A stretch of 64,000 bases of DNA from an uncultured Actinomycetota bacterium (GCA_963746335.1 CAVVAK010000006.1:77657-141656), one strand, 5' to 3'. Positions 10,105-20,996 are shown, numbered from the stretch's first letter. Notes: generated from the sequence alone by a model not told the origin. Made by a program: numbers and translations.

Positions 10105-11760
10105 TCACAGGGGTTCCGTGAGCGCGCCCAGGCGCTCGACCAGCCTCGCGTTCTCGGAGTAGTCGACCGGCACCGCGATCACGGACACGGCGTCGTCGTC
10201 CAGGGCCTTCCGGAGCGTGGGAAGCAGCGCCGATGCGTCGCCGATCGCATAGCCCTTCGCGCCGAAGCTCTCCGCGAACCGAACGAAGTCCGGGTTCCCG
10301 AACGAGACTGCGGCCCGCCTGCCGAAATGGATGTCTTGCTTCCATCCGATCAGCCCGTACCCGCCGTCCACCCAGACCAGGATCACGAAGTGGACCTTCT
10401 CGCGCACCGCCGTCTCGATCTCGGCGGCGCTCATCAGGAAGGCACCGTCCCCCATCGCGGCGAGCACCTTGCGCTCGGGGTGCACGAGCTTGGCCGCGAA
10501 CGCACCGGGGAGCGCGAAAGCCATCGTGGCCAGGCCGTTGGAGATCAGACAGGTGTTCGGCGCGTACGTCGGGAAGAGCCGCGCCATCCAGACCTTCACC
10601 GCACCGGTATCGCAGAGCACGATGTCCTCGCGATCCAACGCCTCCCGCACGTCGTGGACGATCCGCTGGGGGCGCACCGGGAACGTGTCGTCGCCCGCTC
10701 CCGACTCCAGCTCCTCGCGCACGAAGCGCTCCCCCGGTGGCTCTCGGTCCCGCTGCGGGCTCCCGGGTGCCGCATCGGCGATCGCATCCAGCGATTCCCC
10801 GATCCCCCCCTGGACCCCGACCTCGAGCGTGTAGGCCTCGTCGACCTCGGCGACCGTCCGGTGGATGTGGATGATCGCCTTGTCCCGTCGGGGGTTCCAG
10901 CGCTCCGGGGCGTATTCGACGAGGTCGTAGCCGACCGCCACGACGACGTCGGCCTTGTCGAAGCCGAAGTTCGCGTAGTCGCGAACCATGAAGCCGATCG
11001 TCCCGAGTGCGTTCGGGTGGTCGTCGGGGAACACGCCCTTGCCGAGGAACGTGGTGGCGACCGGAAGGTTCAGTCGCTCGGAGAAGCGGAGGAGCGCATC
11101 CATCGCGCCGTCGCGAGCGACGCCAGGTCCGGCGAGGACCACCGGAGCGGTCGCGGTCTCCAGCACCTCGGCCGCTCGCTTCACCTGTGCGTCTGCGGGC
11201 GCCGGATCGACCGGTACGTTGACGCGGAGCGGCACGCCCGTCGTCTCCTGCTCGGCGACATCCTCGGGCAGGATCAGGAACGCGGCGCCGGGACGCTCGG
11301 TCCGCGCCTGTTTGAAGGCTTTGCGCACCATCTCCGGTACGGCTTCCTCGACGGTGATCATGCCGCCCCACTTCGTGATCGGTCGGAACAGCTCGACGAG
11401 GTCGACGGCCTGATGGGACTCCTTGTAGAGCCGGTGGAGCCCGGCCTGCGCGGTGATCGCCACGAGGGGATGCGAGTCCAGGTGCGCGTTCGCGATCCCG
11501 AGCATCAGGTTGATGGCACCCGGGCCGAGGGTGGCGAGGCAGACACCGGGGCGTCCCGTGAGAGCGCCGTACGAATCAGCCATGAACGCGGCGCCCCGCT
11601 CGTCCCGCGTGGTGATGAACCGGATCGAGGAGTCCGCGATCGCATCGATCACATGGAGGTTCTCCTCGCCCGGCAGGCCGAAGACGTACTCGACCTCCTC
11701 GTTCTCCAGGCACTCGACCAGCAAGCGGGCTACGGTCCGTGCGCCCTGCGCGGCTTCCAT
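10105..11760 (-). CDS. Thiamine-diphosphate enzyme, acetolactate synthase (AlsS-like) large subunit family
   Basis: 551 aa. N-terminal ThDP pyrimidine-binding domain (GLPGEENLHVIDA, GPGAINLMLGIANAHLDSHPLVAITAQ) and the C-terminal ThDP motif GDGAFLMSAAEIETAVR. Confidence 0.85.
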   Translation of the reverse strand: MEAAQGARTVARLLVECLENEEVEYVFGLPGEENLHVIDAIADSSIRFITTRDERGAAFMADSYGALTGRPGVCLATLGPGAINLMLGIANAHLDSHPLVAITAQAGLHRLYKESHQAVDLVELFRPITKWGGMITVEEAVPEMVRKAFKQARTERPGAAFLILPEDVAEQETTGVPLRVNVPVDPAPADAQVKRAAEVLETATAPVVLAGPGVARDGAMDALLRFSERLNLPVATTFLGKGVFPDDHPNALGTIGFMVRDYANFGFDKADVVVAVGYDLVEYAPERWNPRRDKAIIHIHRTVAEVDEAYTLEVGVQGGIGESLDAIADAAPGSPQRDREPPGERFVREELESGAGDDTFPVRPQRIVHDVREALDREDIVLCDTGAVKVWMARLFPTYAPNTCLISNGLATMAFALPGAFAAKLVHPERKVLAAMGDGAFLMSAAEIETAVREKVHFVILVWVDGGYGLIGWKQDIHFGRRAAVSFGNPDFVRFAESFGAKGYAIGDASALLPTLRKALDDDAVSVIAVPVDYSENARLVERLGALTEPL

Positions 11761-11803
11761 CGCCGCACAGGCTACCCGTGCGACCCGCCGTTACGCTCGA
11801 CGG

Positions 11804-12403
11804 GTGGAATTCAAGGAGGTGCTCCGACACCGGCGGATGGTGCGACGGTTCGACCAGCGGCCGGTGCCCGCCGGCACGGTCGATCGCATCATCGACGTCG
11901 GGCGTCGCGCCCCCTCCGCGGGCTTCTCCCAGGGGCTCGAGCTGTTGGTGCTCGACACCCCGGAGACGGTCGCCACGTTCTGGGATACGACCCGCGATCC
12001 GGAGTTCGGCTGGGAGGAGGCGACCGTCACGCATGGACCCACGGTGCTGATCTTGCCCCTCCCGGATCCTCGCCGGTACGTGGAGCGCTACGCCCAACCC
12101 GACAAGATCGAGTTCGGCATGGACGAGGAGGACAACTGGCCGGTGCGGTTCTGGGAGATCGACGCGGCGATGGCGTCGATGCTGATCCTGCTCGCCGCGG
12201 TGGACGAAGGCCTGGGCGGATGGTTCTTCGGCATCACCTCCGGAGAACGGGAGCTGCTGGATCGGTTCGGCGTCCCCGCGTACCTCCGCCCGATCGGGAT
12301 CATCGGGCTCGGATACCGAGCTGAGGACGAGGAGCCCTCGGGATCGTGGATGAAGCATCGGCGGCGACCACTCGGGGAGCAGATCCACCGCAACGGGTGG
12401 TGA
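11804..12403 (+). CDS. Nitroreductase family protein
   Basis: The in-frame GTG at 11804 gives VEFKEVLRHRRMVRRFDQRPVPAGTVDRIIDVGRRAPSAGFSQG..., the typical nitroreductase N-terminus. The start could instead be a nearby downstream codon. Confidence 0.75.
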   Translation: MEFKEVLRHRRMVRRFDQRPVPAGTVDRIIDVGRRAPSAGFSQGLELLVLDTPETVATFWDTTRDPEFGWEEATVTHGPTVLILPLPDPRRYVERYAQPDKIEFGMDEEDNWPVRFWEIDAAMASMLILLAAVDEGLGGWFFGITSGERELLDRFGVPAYLRPIGIIGLGYRAEDEEPSGSWMKHRRRPLGEQIHRNGW

Positions 12404-12424
12404 GCGACCGGTTCCGCGCGGCCG

Positions 12425-12883
12425 TTACGAGCGCCGCTGCGACAGCTGACGCGTGAGCTGCGCCTGCGCGACGTGCTCGCGGAAATGCTCGAGGGCGTGC
12501 AGGAGGGCCCATGCCGCGGACACGGGCTCCGCCTCCGGGGTCGGACGTATCGCGCCGGGATCGAACGCCTCGGCGGGGTCGAGCCGAGCTCGGCATTCCG
12601 CTGCCATCGTATCCACGAACGACAGCAGCTCCGTGTCGCTCGCGGTCTCCGCCACGAACTCGGAGGGTCGGTCGCGCTCCGGAAGCGGGAGGCCTCGCGA
12701 GATCGAGAGCCACCATCGGGAGCTGTGCATCCCGTGCACGGCCAGCACCGTGATCGAGTTGCTGTCCTCTCCGGCAGGCTGCCAGGCGAGCGCGTCCGGT
12801 GCGAGGCCGTCGATCGCCTCGCGCAGGTGATCCACGGATTCGTCGAAGATCTCCCGGGCTGCCTCGATGATCGGATCGGGCAT
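12425..12883 (-). CDS. DinB-superfamily (four-helix-bundle, metal-binding) protein
   Basis: 152 aa. His residues are spaced as in DinB/YfiT-like proteins (VLAVHGMH ... LLHALEHFREH). Assigned by eye. Confidence 0.6.
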   Translation of the reverse strand: MPDPIIEAAREIFDESVDHLREAIDGLAPDALAWQPAGEDSNSITVLAVHGMHSSRWWLSISRGLPLPERDRPSEFVAETASDTELLSFVDTMAAECRARLDPAEAFDPGAIRPTPEAEPVSAAWALLHALEHFREHVAQAQLTRQLSQRRS

Positions 12884-12902
12884 CAGGCGGGCTCGCGGCC
12901 GG

Positions 12903-13589
12903 TCACGTGATCTCGATCATCTTCTCGCGCACCGCGTAGACGACCGCCTCCATCCGCGAATGCAGGTGGAGCTTCTCGAGGATGTTGCGGATGTGGTTCT
13001 TCACCGTGTTCTCCGAGATGAACAGCTGCTTCGCGATGTCACGGTTGTTGAGCCCCTGGGCGACCAGCCGGAGCACCTCCATCTCACGGTCGGTGAGCTT
13101 GGGCGCCGGCATCTGGGGTCGCTCGTCGGCCTCCTTCGAGATCGCGGCGAACTCGGTGAGGAGCTTGGACGCCATCGAGGGGGAGATGCGCGACTGGCCC
13201 GCCCAGACGCTCCTGATCGCGTCGGCGACCTCGTCGATCGGGATCTCCTTCAACAGGTAGCCCGCGGCGCCGGCCTTGATCGCGTCGTAGAGGTCGCCCT
13301 CGTCGTCGGAGATGGTGAGCATCAGGATCTTCGCGTGCGGAAGCAGCTCCTTGATGTGCCCGGCGGCCTCGATGCCCGAGCGCTTCGGCATCCGGACATC
13401 CATCAGGACGACGTCTGGCATCAGCTCCTGGGCCTTCTCGACCGCCTCCACGCCGTCGGACGCCTCGCCGACGAGCTGCAGGTCATCCTCGTCCTGGAGG
13501 ACCATCTCGAGCCCGCGACGGAACAACGCGTGGTCGTCCACGATCAACACGCGGAGCTTCTCGTTGGCACTCTTGTCGTCCGGTGTCAT
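12903..13589 (-). CDS. NarL/LuxR-family two-component response regulator (no cognate kinase adjacent)
   Basis: 228 aa. REC domain (VLIVDDHALFRRG..., phosphoacceptor context VVLMDVRMP, LMLT, KAGAAGYLLK) plus a LuxR HTH (LTDREMEVLRLVAQGLNNRDIAKQLFISENTVKNH). Confidence 0.92.
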   Translation of the reverse strand: MTPDDKSANEKLRVLIVDDHALFRRGLEMVLQDEDDLQLVGEASDGVEAVEKAQELMPDVVLMDVRMPKRSGIEAAGHIKELLPHAKILMLTISDDEGDLYDAIKAGAAGYLLKEIPIDEVADAIRSVWAGQSRISPSMASKLLTEFAAISKEADERPQMPAPKLTDREMEVLRLVAQGLNNRDIAKQLFISENTVKNHIRNILEKLHLHSRMEAVVYAVREKMIEIT

Positions 13590-13604
13590 CCCGCTGGTTC
13601 CATC

Positions 13605-13970
13605 TCATTCGTCGTTCGCATCGACAGGAGGTGGGGCAGTGCCTCGCGGGAATGGTACTCCCCGGCGCCAGCCGCGGAGCCGTTTCCCGTGATGATCGCG
13701 GATCTGCCGTTCCAGCTTCTCGGCCACGTGATCGAGCGCCGTGCGCACGTCGTCGGCTTCGGCGCGCGCGCGGAAGGTCTTCCGCGGGATCTTCAAGGCG
13801 GCTTTGATCATCTTCAGTCCGTCCGGACTCGGATGGTGCTCGGCGACGAACTCGAGATCGATCCGCACCGTCCGCGGCTCGAGTCGCTCCAAGCGCGAGA
13901 GCTTGTGTTCCGCTTGCTCGCGGATGTCGTCGGAGACCGGCAGCCCTCGGCCGGTGAAGGTCAGGTCCAT
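13605..13970 (-). CDS. hpf: Ribosome hibernation promoting factor / RaiA family, short form (121 aa)
   Basis: The in-frame ATG at 13970 gives MDLTFTGRGLPVSDDIREQAEHKLSRLERLEPRTVRIDLEFV...ADDVRTALDHVAEKLERQIRDHHGKR, an S30AE/sigma-54-modulation fold. The upstream part of track ORF 13605..14156 has no coding signature. Confidence 0.85.
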   Translation of the reverse strand: MDLTFTGRGLPVSDDIREQAEHKLSRLERLEPRTVRIDLEFVAEHHPSPDGLKMIKAALKIPRKTFRARAEADDVRTALDHVAEKLERQIRDHHGKRLRGWRRGVPFPRGTAPPPVDANDE

Positions 13971-14002
13971 CGGCGACCCCGGGCGCGACCTGCCGGTGAA
14001 GG

Positions 14003-14257
14003 GTGCTCCCGTCCGGCTGACCTGGTCTTTGACCCCACACTCGCCTGCGGGGGTGTTCGCCGACGGCCCGTGTGTTGCGTTGGGATCGCCGACTCGCACC
14101 CTCTCCCGGAACCTCTCTCGAAGAAAGGGGCAGGGCTTACTTCTAAACCGCTCCATGCTCGGCGACCAAAGGTCGCCTTACGTGGGTCGTTTCGCCCGCG
14201 GCTGGCATCGACTACCGGGGTTGATCCCCGGGCAACCACAGACCCGGACGGGAGCAC
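14003..14257 (-). other. Inverted-repeat-bounded 255-nt element in the comFC-hpf spacer (candidate structured hpf leader RNA, or MITE-like insert)
   Basis: GTGCTCCCGTCCGG at 14003-14016 is the exact reverse complement of CCGGACGGGAGCAC at 14244-14257. Internal hairpins include ccgggg-N5-ccccgg (14215-14231) and ggcgacc-aaa-ggtcgcc (14161-14177). A TATACT -10-like hexamer sits on the minus strand at 14269-14264. Confidence 0.4.
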
Positions 14258-14278
14258 GGACCGAGTATAGGCACGGGC

Positions 14279-14992
14279 TCAGGGTCGGCGCGAGCCGCGA
14301 GGTCCGGGCGGACGGTCGGTGAACGAGCGGCAGGCGGTGAGCAGGTGGACCTCCTGCGCTCCCCCCTGCACGAGAGCTGCGGCGCAGGCCGAGGCCGTGG
14401 CACCCGTGGTGAGGACGTCGTCGACCAGCAGGAGGCGTCGCGGCACCCGCTTGTGTGCGATGCATGCGAACGCATCCCTCATCGCCTCCAATCGTTGTTC
14501 CCGCGTCCGTCGAGCCTGCGGGGCGGTCGCCTTCGTCCTGCGGACGAAGGCGACCGCGGGAAGGTCGAGCTCGCGTGCGAGCGCTCGCGCGAGCACGCGA
14601 GCCTGGTCGAAGCCGCGCTCGGCCCGTCGTCGGGAGGCGAGCGGGACCCATGTCACGGCGTCTGCCGGCGGCGGGCCGAGCGCGGCCAGGGCAGCGGCGA
14701 GCGCCTCACCCACCCCGCGCCAGCCGGAGAACTTCAGGTGATGGACCGCAGCCTTGGCGGGTCCCCGGTACGCGAACGCCGAGCGAGCCGAAGCGATCGG
14801 CGCCGGAGGACAGTCGCGGCATCGGTCCGCGCTGGTGCGCGACGGCCGGCCGCAGCGGCGACACCAGGGCGGTTCCAGCGGGACGAGCTCCTCGGCACAC
14901 GTCGCGCAGAACGGCCACGTGCCCGCGCCGCACCCGGCGCACGCCCGTGGGAAGAGCACGTCGACCGCGCGATCGAGCGCCTTCTCGAGCAC
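14279..14992 (-). CDS. comFC: ComF-family phosphoribosyltransferase-like protein
   Basis: 237 aa. N-terminal double CxxC zinc finger (CAGCG...CATC...CRRCG...CRDC) and the PRTase motif LLLVDDVLTTGAT. Confidence 0.88.
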   Translation of the reverse strand: MLEKALDRAVDVLFPRACAGCGAGTWPFCATCAEELVPLEPPWCRRCGRPSRTSADRCRDCPPAPIASARSAFAYRGPAKAAVHHLKFSGWRGVGEALAAALAALGPPPADAVTWVPLASRRRAERGFDQARVLARALARELDLPAVAFVRRTKATAPQARRTREQRLEAMRDAFACIAHKRVPRRLLLVDDVLTTGATASACAAALVQGGAQEVHLLTACRSFTDRPPGPRGSRRP

Positions 14993-15024
14993 GGCGGCAC
15001 CCTACGGCGCGCCACCGACAAGGA

Positions 15025-15579
15025 TCAGGGAAGCGCAACCTCGATCGGTCCACCGCCACCCTTGACCACGATCGTGAGGATGCGCTGGGTCTTCAACAGC
15101 GGGTACGCGGTGACCGAGCCGGAGCCGCTCTCGACGTCGAAGGTCGTCTCCAACACCGGGACCCGAACGCCGTCGGCGGCGAGGGTGATCACCGCCTCCG
15201 CCCCTTCGTATCGAAGCTCGATCGAGTCGATGCGGCATTCGACCTGGTCGAGCCGCACCTTCTCTCCGCCGATGATCACCGACTTCTCGACGCGGATCTG
15301 ATCTCGTCTCGTCACGCCCCTCGGCCAGGGCACCGCGAACCGGGCGCCGGGACGCACCGTCCCCGGCTCCGCATCGATCGCCACCTCGCACTCGATCGCG
15401 TACCACCCGGGCGAGAGCTCCGCGACCGGGAACTCGAACGGCACGTAGAGATCTCGGTTCGGCGCCACCTCGAGCGTCGCGGGCTGGACACCCATCGACA
15501 CGGAGTCGTGCCCCGCGAGCTCGACGGCGCGAGCGTCCTCCAGCCGAACCTGATGCGGGTTGCCGTCGGCCCCCCGCAT
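15025..15579 (-). CDS. Hypothetical protein (beta-rich, no recognisable motif)
   Basis: This is the 3' part of track ORF 15025..17025. The start is ATG 15579 or GTG 15582, preceded by AAAGG. Good G/C at third codon positions. It lies 68 nt downstream of ahcY. Confidence 0.6.
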   Translation of the reverse strand: MRGADGNPHQVRLEDARAVELAGHDSVSMGVQPATLEVAPNRDLYVPFEFPVAELSPGWYAIECEVAIDAEPGTVRPGARFAVPWPRGVTRRDQIRVEKSVIIGGEKVRLDQVECRIDSIELRYEGAEAVITLAADGVRVPVLETTFDVESGSGSVTAYPLLKTQRILTIVVKGGGGPIEVALP

Positions 15580-15650
15580 CACGAACGAACCTTTGAGCGA
15601 CGCCGGGAAACGCTCGAAGTGGGCTCGGATGCTGACGGGGTCCTGCAGCG

Positions 15651-17766
<2,116 letters not shown>

Positions 17767-17770
<4 letters not shown>

Positions 17771-18825
17771 GACACGAGGGCGGCCTTCAGCCGCTCGATC
17801 ACGACGACGGGCGTGGGGTCGACACCCCTGCGGATCGCGAGGTAGGCGCTCGCGAAGTCTCCCAGAGCGATCAGCGACACCAACCGAGCGAGCGCGCTCC
17901 GGCCGGTCGCCCACGCCTCGTGGGTGTCGGCGCCCGCGTCGGCCGCGATCCGGAGCGAGAGTGGGAAGCGCGCCGCGATCTCGGGATCCTCGGCCTCGTG
18001 TCGAAGGGCGATCACCGTGTGCGCGCGACCGAACGGCTCGGTCCATCCCACGACCTCGTTGTGATCCAGCTCGGACATCGATGCCCACCAGGCAGGAATC
18101 TTGCCGTTCTCGTTGCACTGGGTTTTCCACCGAGCGGCGGCGACCGCCCCGATCCCCTCTGCGCCCCAGATCACGGGGATCCGCTCCCCGATCTCCTCGG
18201 CGAGGCGCTTCGCCGGATTCTCGCCGGCCGGCGTGTGGGGGCCGCACGAGGCGGCGCGCACGTCTGCCTCTCCCGCCGCCTCGGCCACGTCTTCGGCCAG
18301 CGGCGGGAGGAGTCCGGCGGCTTCCAGGGCGCCGAGCGCGGTGGAGGCCAACCAGCCGAGGGCCGCTCGTGGCTGGAAGCCGCCGGGCACGCGTACGACG
18401 GGCACCCCCGCCTCGCCTGCCTCGTCCACGATCGTTCCTCCGGAGCTCACCACGATCGCCCGGCATCCTCGCTTGGTGGCTTCACGGAATGCCGCGAGCG
18501 TCTCCGACGTGTTCCCCGAATACGACGAGGCGATCACGAGGGAATGCGGCCCCGCGTGCTCCGGCAGCTCCGCCGAGCGATTCACCTCGACCGGAACGCC
18601 GAGCCGGTCGCGGAACACGGAACGCAAGACGTCTCCGGCGACCGCAGACCCCCCCATGCCGCAGAAGACCACGCTCCGCACATCCGCGAGGTCGGGGAGA
18701 CCGCTCGCCGCTACCCCGTTCGAATACCCCTCGCGGACGTTCGCGCCGAGCGCCGCCACTGCCGCGAGCATGTCGCCCGGGTCCTGGTCACGGATCGCCC
18801 GGGCGTCGTCGAGGTCGATCGTCAC
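17767..18825 (-). CDS. SIS-domain bifunctional phosphoglucose/phosphomannose isomerase family protein
   Basis: 352 aa. SIS motif FCGMGGSAVAGDV, SYSGNTSETL, and a C-terminal PGI/PMI-type domain (NENGKIPAWWASMSELDHNEVVGW). Confidence 0.85.
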
Positions 18826-19037
18826 TTCTTGCCTCTCGGCTTGGCTCCGGGCTTCGCCTCCGGTGCGCCGCCCGGCTTCTCGGCCTCGTCGATCAACATG
18901 ACCGGGATCCCGTCACGGACCGGATACCGATAGCCGCAGGTTCGGCACACGATCACCTGTTCGTCCTCGTGATAATCCACGTCCCCGCGATCGTTCGGAC
19001 ACACGAGGATCTCCAGCAACTCTGCGTCGAGCGTCAC
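18822..19037 (-). CDS. Trm112-family small zinc-ribbon-like protein
   Basis: GTG at 19037 gives VTLDAELLEILVCPNDRGDVDYHEDEQVIVCRTCGYRYPVRDGIPVMLIDEA. GTGA overlaps at both ends. Confidence 0.85.
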   Translation of the reverse strand: MTLDAELLEILVCPNDRGDVDYHEDEQVIVCRTCGYRYPVRDGIPVMLIDEAEKPGGAPEAKPGAKPRGKK

Positions 19038-20434
19038 GACCCGTCCCTCTCTTCCTCTCGCCTTGCCTGTCCTGAGGCATCGTTTCGGACCTGTCCCCTG
19101 ATCAACGCGAGGAGCTCCTCGGATCTGGCGGCGAGGATCTCCGCCGTTTTCGCCTCCACGTTCAACCGCAGCAACGGCTCCGTGTTGGAAGGCCGCACGT
19201 TGCACCACCAGTCGTCGAACTCTACCGTCAGGCCGTCGAGCCGATCCTGTCGGCCGTCTCGGAGCGCGGCGGCGATCACTTCGATCTTCGCCTGGGGGTC
19301 GTCGACGCGGGAGTTGACCTCTCCCGAGGAGAAATACCGCCGGTACGGTTGCAGGACCTGCGACAAGGTCCGCTCCGCCTTCGAGAGCTCACCGAGGGTG
19401 ATCACGGCCGCGATCAGGCCCGAGTCGGCACCGTAGTTGTCTCGGAAGTAGTAGTGGCCCGAGTGTTCGCCGCCGAAGATCGCCCCCGTCTCGGCCATCA
19501 CCTGTTTGATGAACGAATGGCCGACGCGCGCTCGGATCGGCTGGCCACCGTGTTCGCGGATGACCTCCGGCACCGTCCACGAGCAGATCACGTTATGCAC
19601 GACCTTCCCGCCCGGCTCACGGTCCAGCATCGCTGCCGCGATGAGCGCCGTGAGGATGGATCCGCTGACGTCGTCCGCGCGCTCGTCCACCAGGAACACT
19701 CGATCCGCGTCACCGTCGAAGGCCATGCCCACGTCCGCCCCGTGGTCGAGGACCACCTTCTTCAGGTCTCGCTGGTTGGCGGGATCGATCGGATCAGCGG
19801 GATGGTTGGGGAACGTGCCGTCGAGCTCCGCGTAGAGATGGTGGAGCGTGACGGGGAGACGCTCCATGACCGCCGGCACCACGAGACCGCCCATGCCGTT
19901 GGCGGTATCGACCGCGACCGTCAGCGGCCGCATGCTCTCCACGTCGGTGAACGAGAGGACGTGGTCCACGTAGGTGTCCAGAACGTCTCGCCTGCGGACC
20001 GACCCGTGTCCGGTCCCCAGGATCTCGTCACCCTTCTCAGCGAGTGCCTTGATCTCGCCAAGCCCGGAGTCCTCCCCGACGGGCTTGGCGCCCGCCAGGC
20101 AGAACTTCAGCCCGTTGTACTCCTTCGGGTTGTGACTGGCGGTGATCATGATGCCCGGCCGGTCCAATGAGCCGGACGCGAAGTACAGGAGGTCGGTCGA
20201 GGCGAGGCCGAGGTCGATCACGTCGACCCCGAGCGACGTGGCCCCTTCGGTCAGCGCGGCGGCGAGCTCCGGCGAGGACAAGCGGCAGTCTCGCCCCAGC
20301 AGGATCTCCGATGCGCCGCTCCACGTCGCGAACGCGGCGCCGATGAGTCGGACGAGGTGCGCATCAAGCTCGTCGGGGACGACGCCGCGGATGTCATACG
20401 CCTTGAAGACGCGGGAAAGGTCCACCGCCGCCAT
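19034..20434 (-). CDS. Phosphomannomutase / phosphoglucomutase
   Basis: 466 aa. Active-site loop ITASHNPKEYNGLK, metal loop FDGDADR, and GGEHSGHYYF. Confidence 0.95.
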   Translation of the reverse strand: MAAVDLSRVFKAYDIRGVVPDELDAHLVRLIGAAFATWSGASEILLGRDCRLSSPELAAALTEGATSLGVDVIDLGLASTDLLYFASGSLDRPGIMITASHNPKEYNGLKFCLAGAKPVGEDSGLGEIKALAEKGDEILGTGHGSVRRRDVLDTYVDHVLSFTDVESMRPLTVAVDTANGMGGLVVPAVMERLPVTLHHLYAELDGTFPNHPADPIDPANQRDLKKVVLDHGADVGMAFDGDADRVFLVDERADDVSGSILTALIAAAMLDREPGGKVVHNVICSWTVPEVIREHGGQPIRARVGHSFIKQVMAETGAIFGGEHSGHYYFRDNYGADSGLIAAVITLGELSKAERTLSQVLQPYRRYFSSGEVNSRVDDPQAKIEVIAAALRDGRQDRLDGLTVEFDDWWCNVRPSNTEPLLRLNVEAKTAEILAARSEELLALIRGQVRNDASGQARREEERDGS

Positions 20435-20463
20435 CCTACGGAGGGGCCGCGGAGGACGTCAGG

Positions 20464-20643
20464 CTAGGTTCGGACGACGGTGTCGATGACCTCCGCCAGC
20501 ACGACCTGCTCGCCGTCGCGGTGCCACCACTTCGCCTCGCAGGCGTGGCACGTCGAGAAGGAGAGGTCACGCCCGCTCACATTCATCGAGATCGAGATCA
20601 CGTCGCCTTGATGGCATTCGGGGCAGTTGTTCGACTTGGACAT
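20464..20643 (-). CDS. 59-aa zinc-ribbon protein (below the ORF-track size cut-off)
   Basis: My translation is MSKSNNCPECHQGDVISISMNVSGRDLSFSTCHACEAKWWHRDGEQVVLAEVIDTVVRT*. Two CxxC pairs and G/C-rich third codon positions. It fills the gap between pmm and the DUF3499 gene. Confidence 0.65.
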   Translation of the reverse strand: MSKSNNCPECHQGDVISISMNVSGRDLSFSTCHACEAKWWHRDGEQVVLAEVIDTVVRT

Positions 20644-20780
20644 CTCTCACGCTCCGTTCGGTTGACCGACCGTAACAGGGCAGCATGCAGGGCCTTCAGA
20701 CACCTGGGTGTCATTCTTCACTCCCCCGCGGCAGGGACACGGGACGCCGAACGCGGCATGACCTAGCCCGAAATAGCTAG

Positions 20781-20996
20781 TCAGCCGCGTCCAGCCGTGA
20801 GCTCTGCCAGGCGGGCATCCTCGACCAGCCACCCAACCGGCGGGGTCATCGCCGCCAGATGCCGAGGGCACAGATCGAGCAGGCGGGGATCCCGTTCGGG
20901 CCGCAGCTCGCCGATCACGATCCGACGATCTGCGTAGCGAAGGGCGATCGTGGCGACGGGCTCGTCCGGACAGCTCATGCGGGCGCAATGTCGCAT
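20781..20996 (-). CDS. DUF3499-like protein
   Basis: MRHCARMSCPDEPVATIALRYADRRIVIGELRPERDPRLLDLCPRHLAAMTPPVGWLVED matches my memory of the DUF3499 pattern (C..C...A..L.Y......L.....DLC..H......P.GW). An alternative start is at 21053. Confidence 0.65.
   Translation of the reverse strand: MRHCARMSCPDEPVATIALRYADRRIVIGELRPERDPRLLDLCPRHLAAMTPPVGWLVEDARLAELTAGRG

Noticed and set aside
10094-11371. The N-terminal 425 residues of the 832-aa minus ORF 8873..11371.
   Set aside because: This part overlaps the AlsS-like gene in another frame and is Arg/Gly/Pro-rich. The MFS transporter begins at ATG 10093, just after the ThDP-enzyme stop at 10105.
20521-20766. 81-aa plus-strand ORF in the pmm-DUF3499 gap.
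   Set aside because: It is antisense to the 59-aa zinc-ribbon ORF, which has the better codon bias and a recognisable CxxC...CxxC fold. The plus-frame product is Arg/Ala/His-rich with no features.
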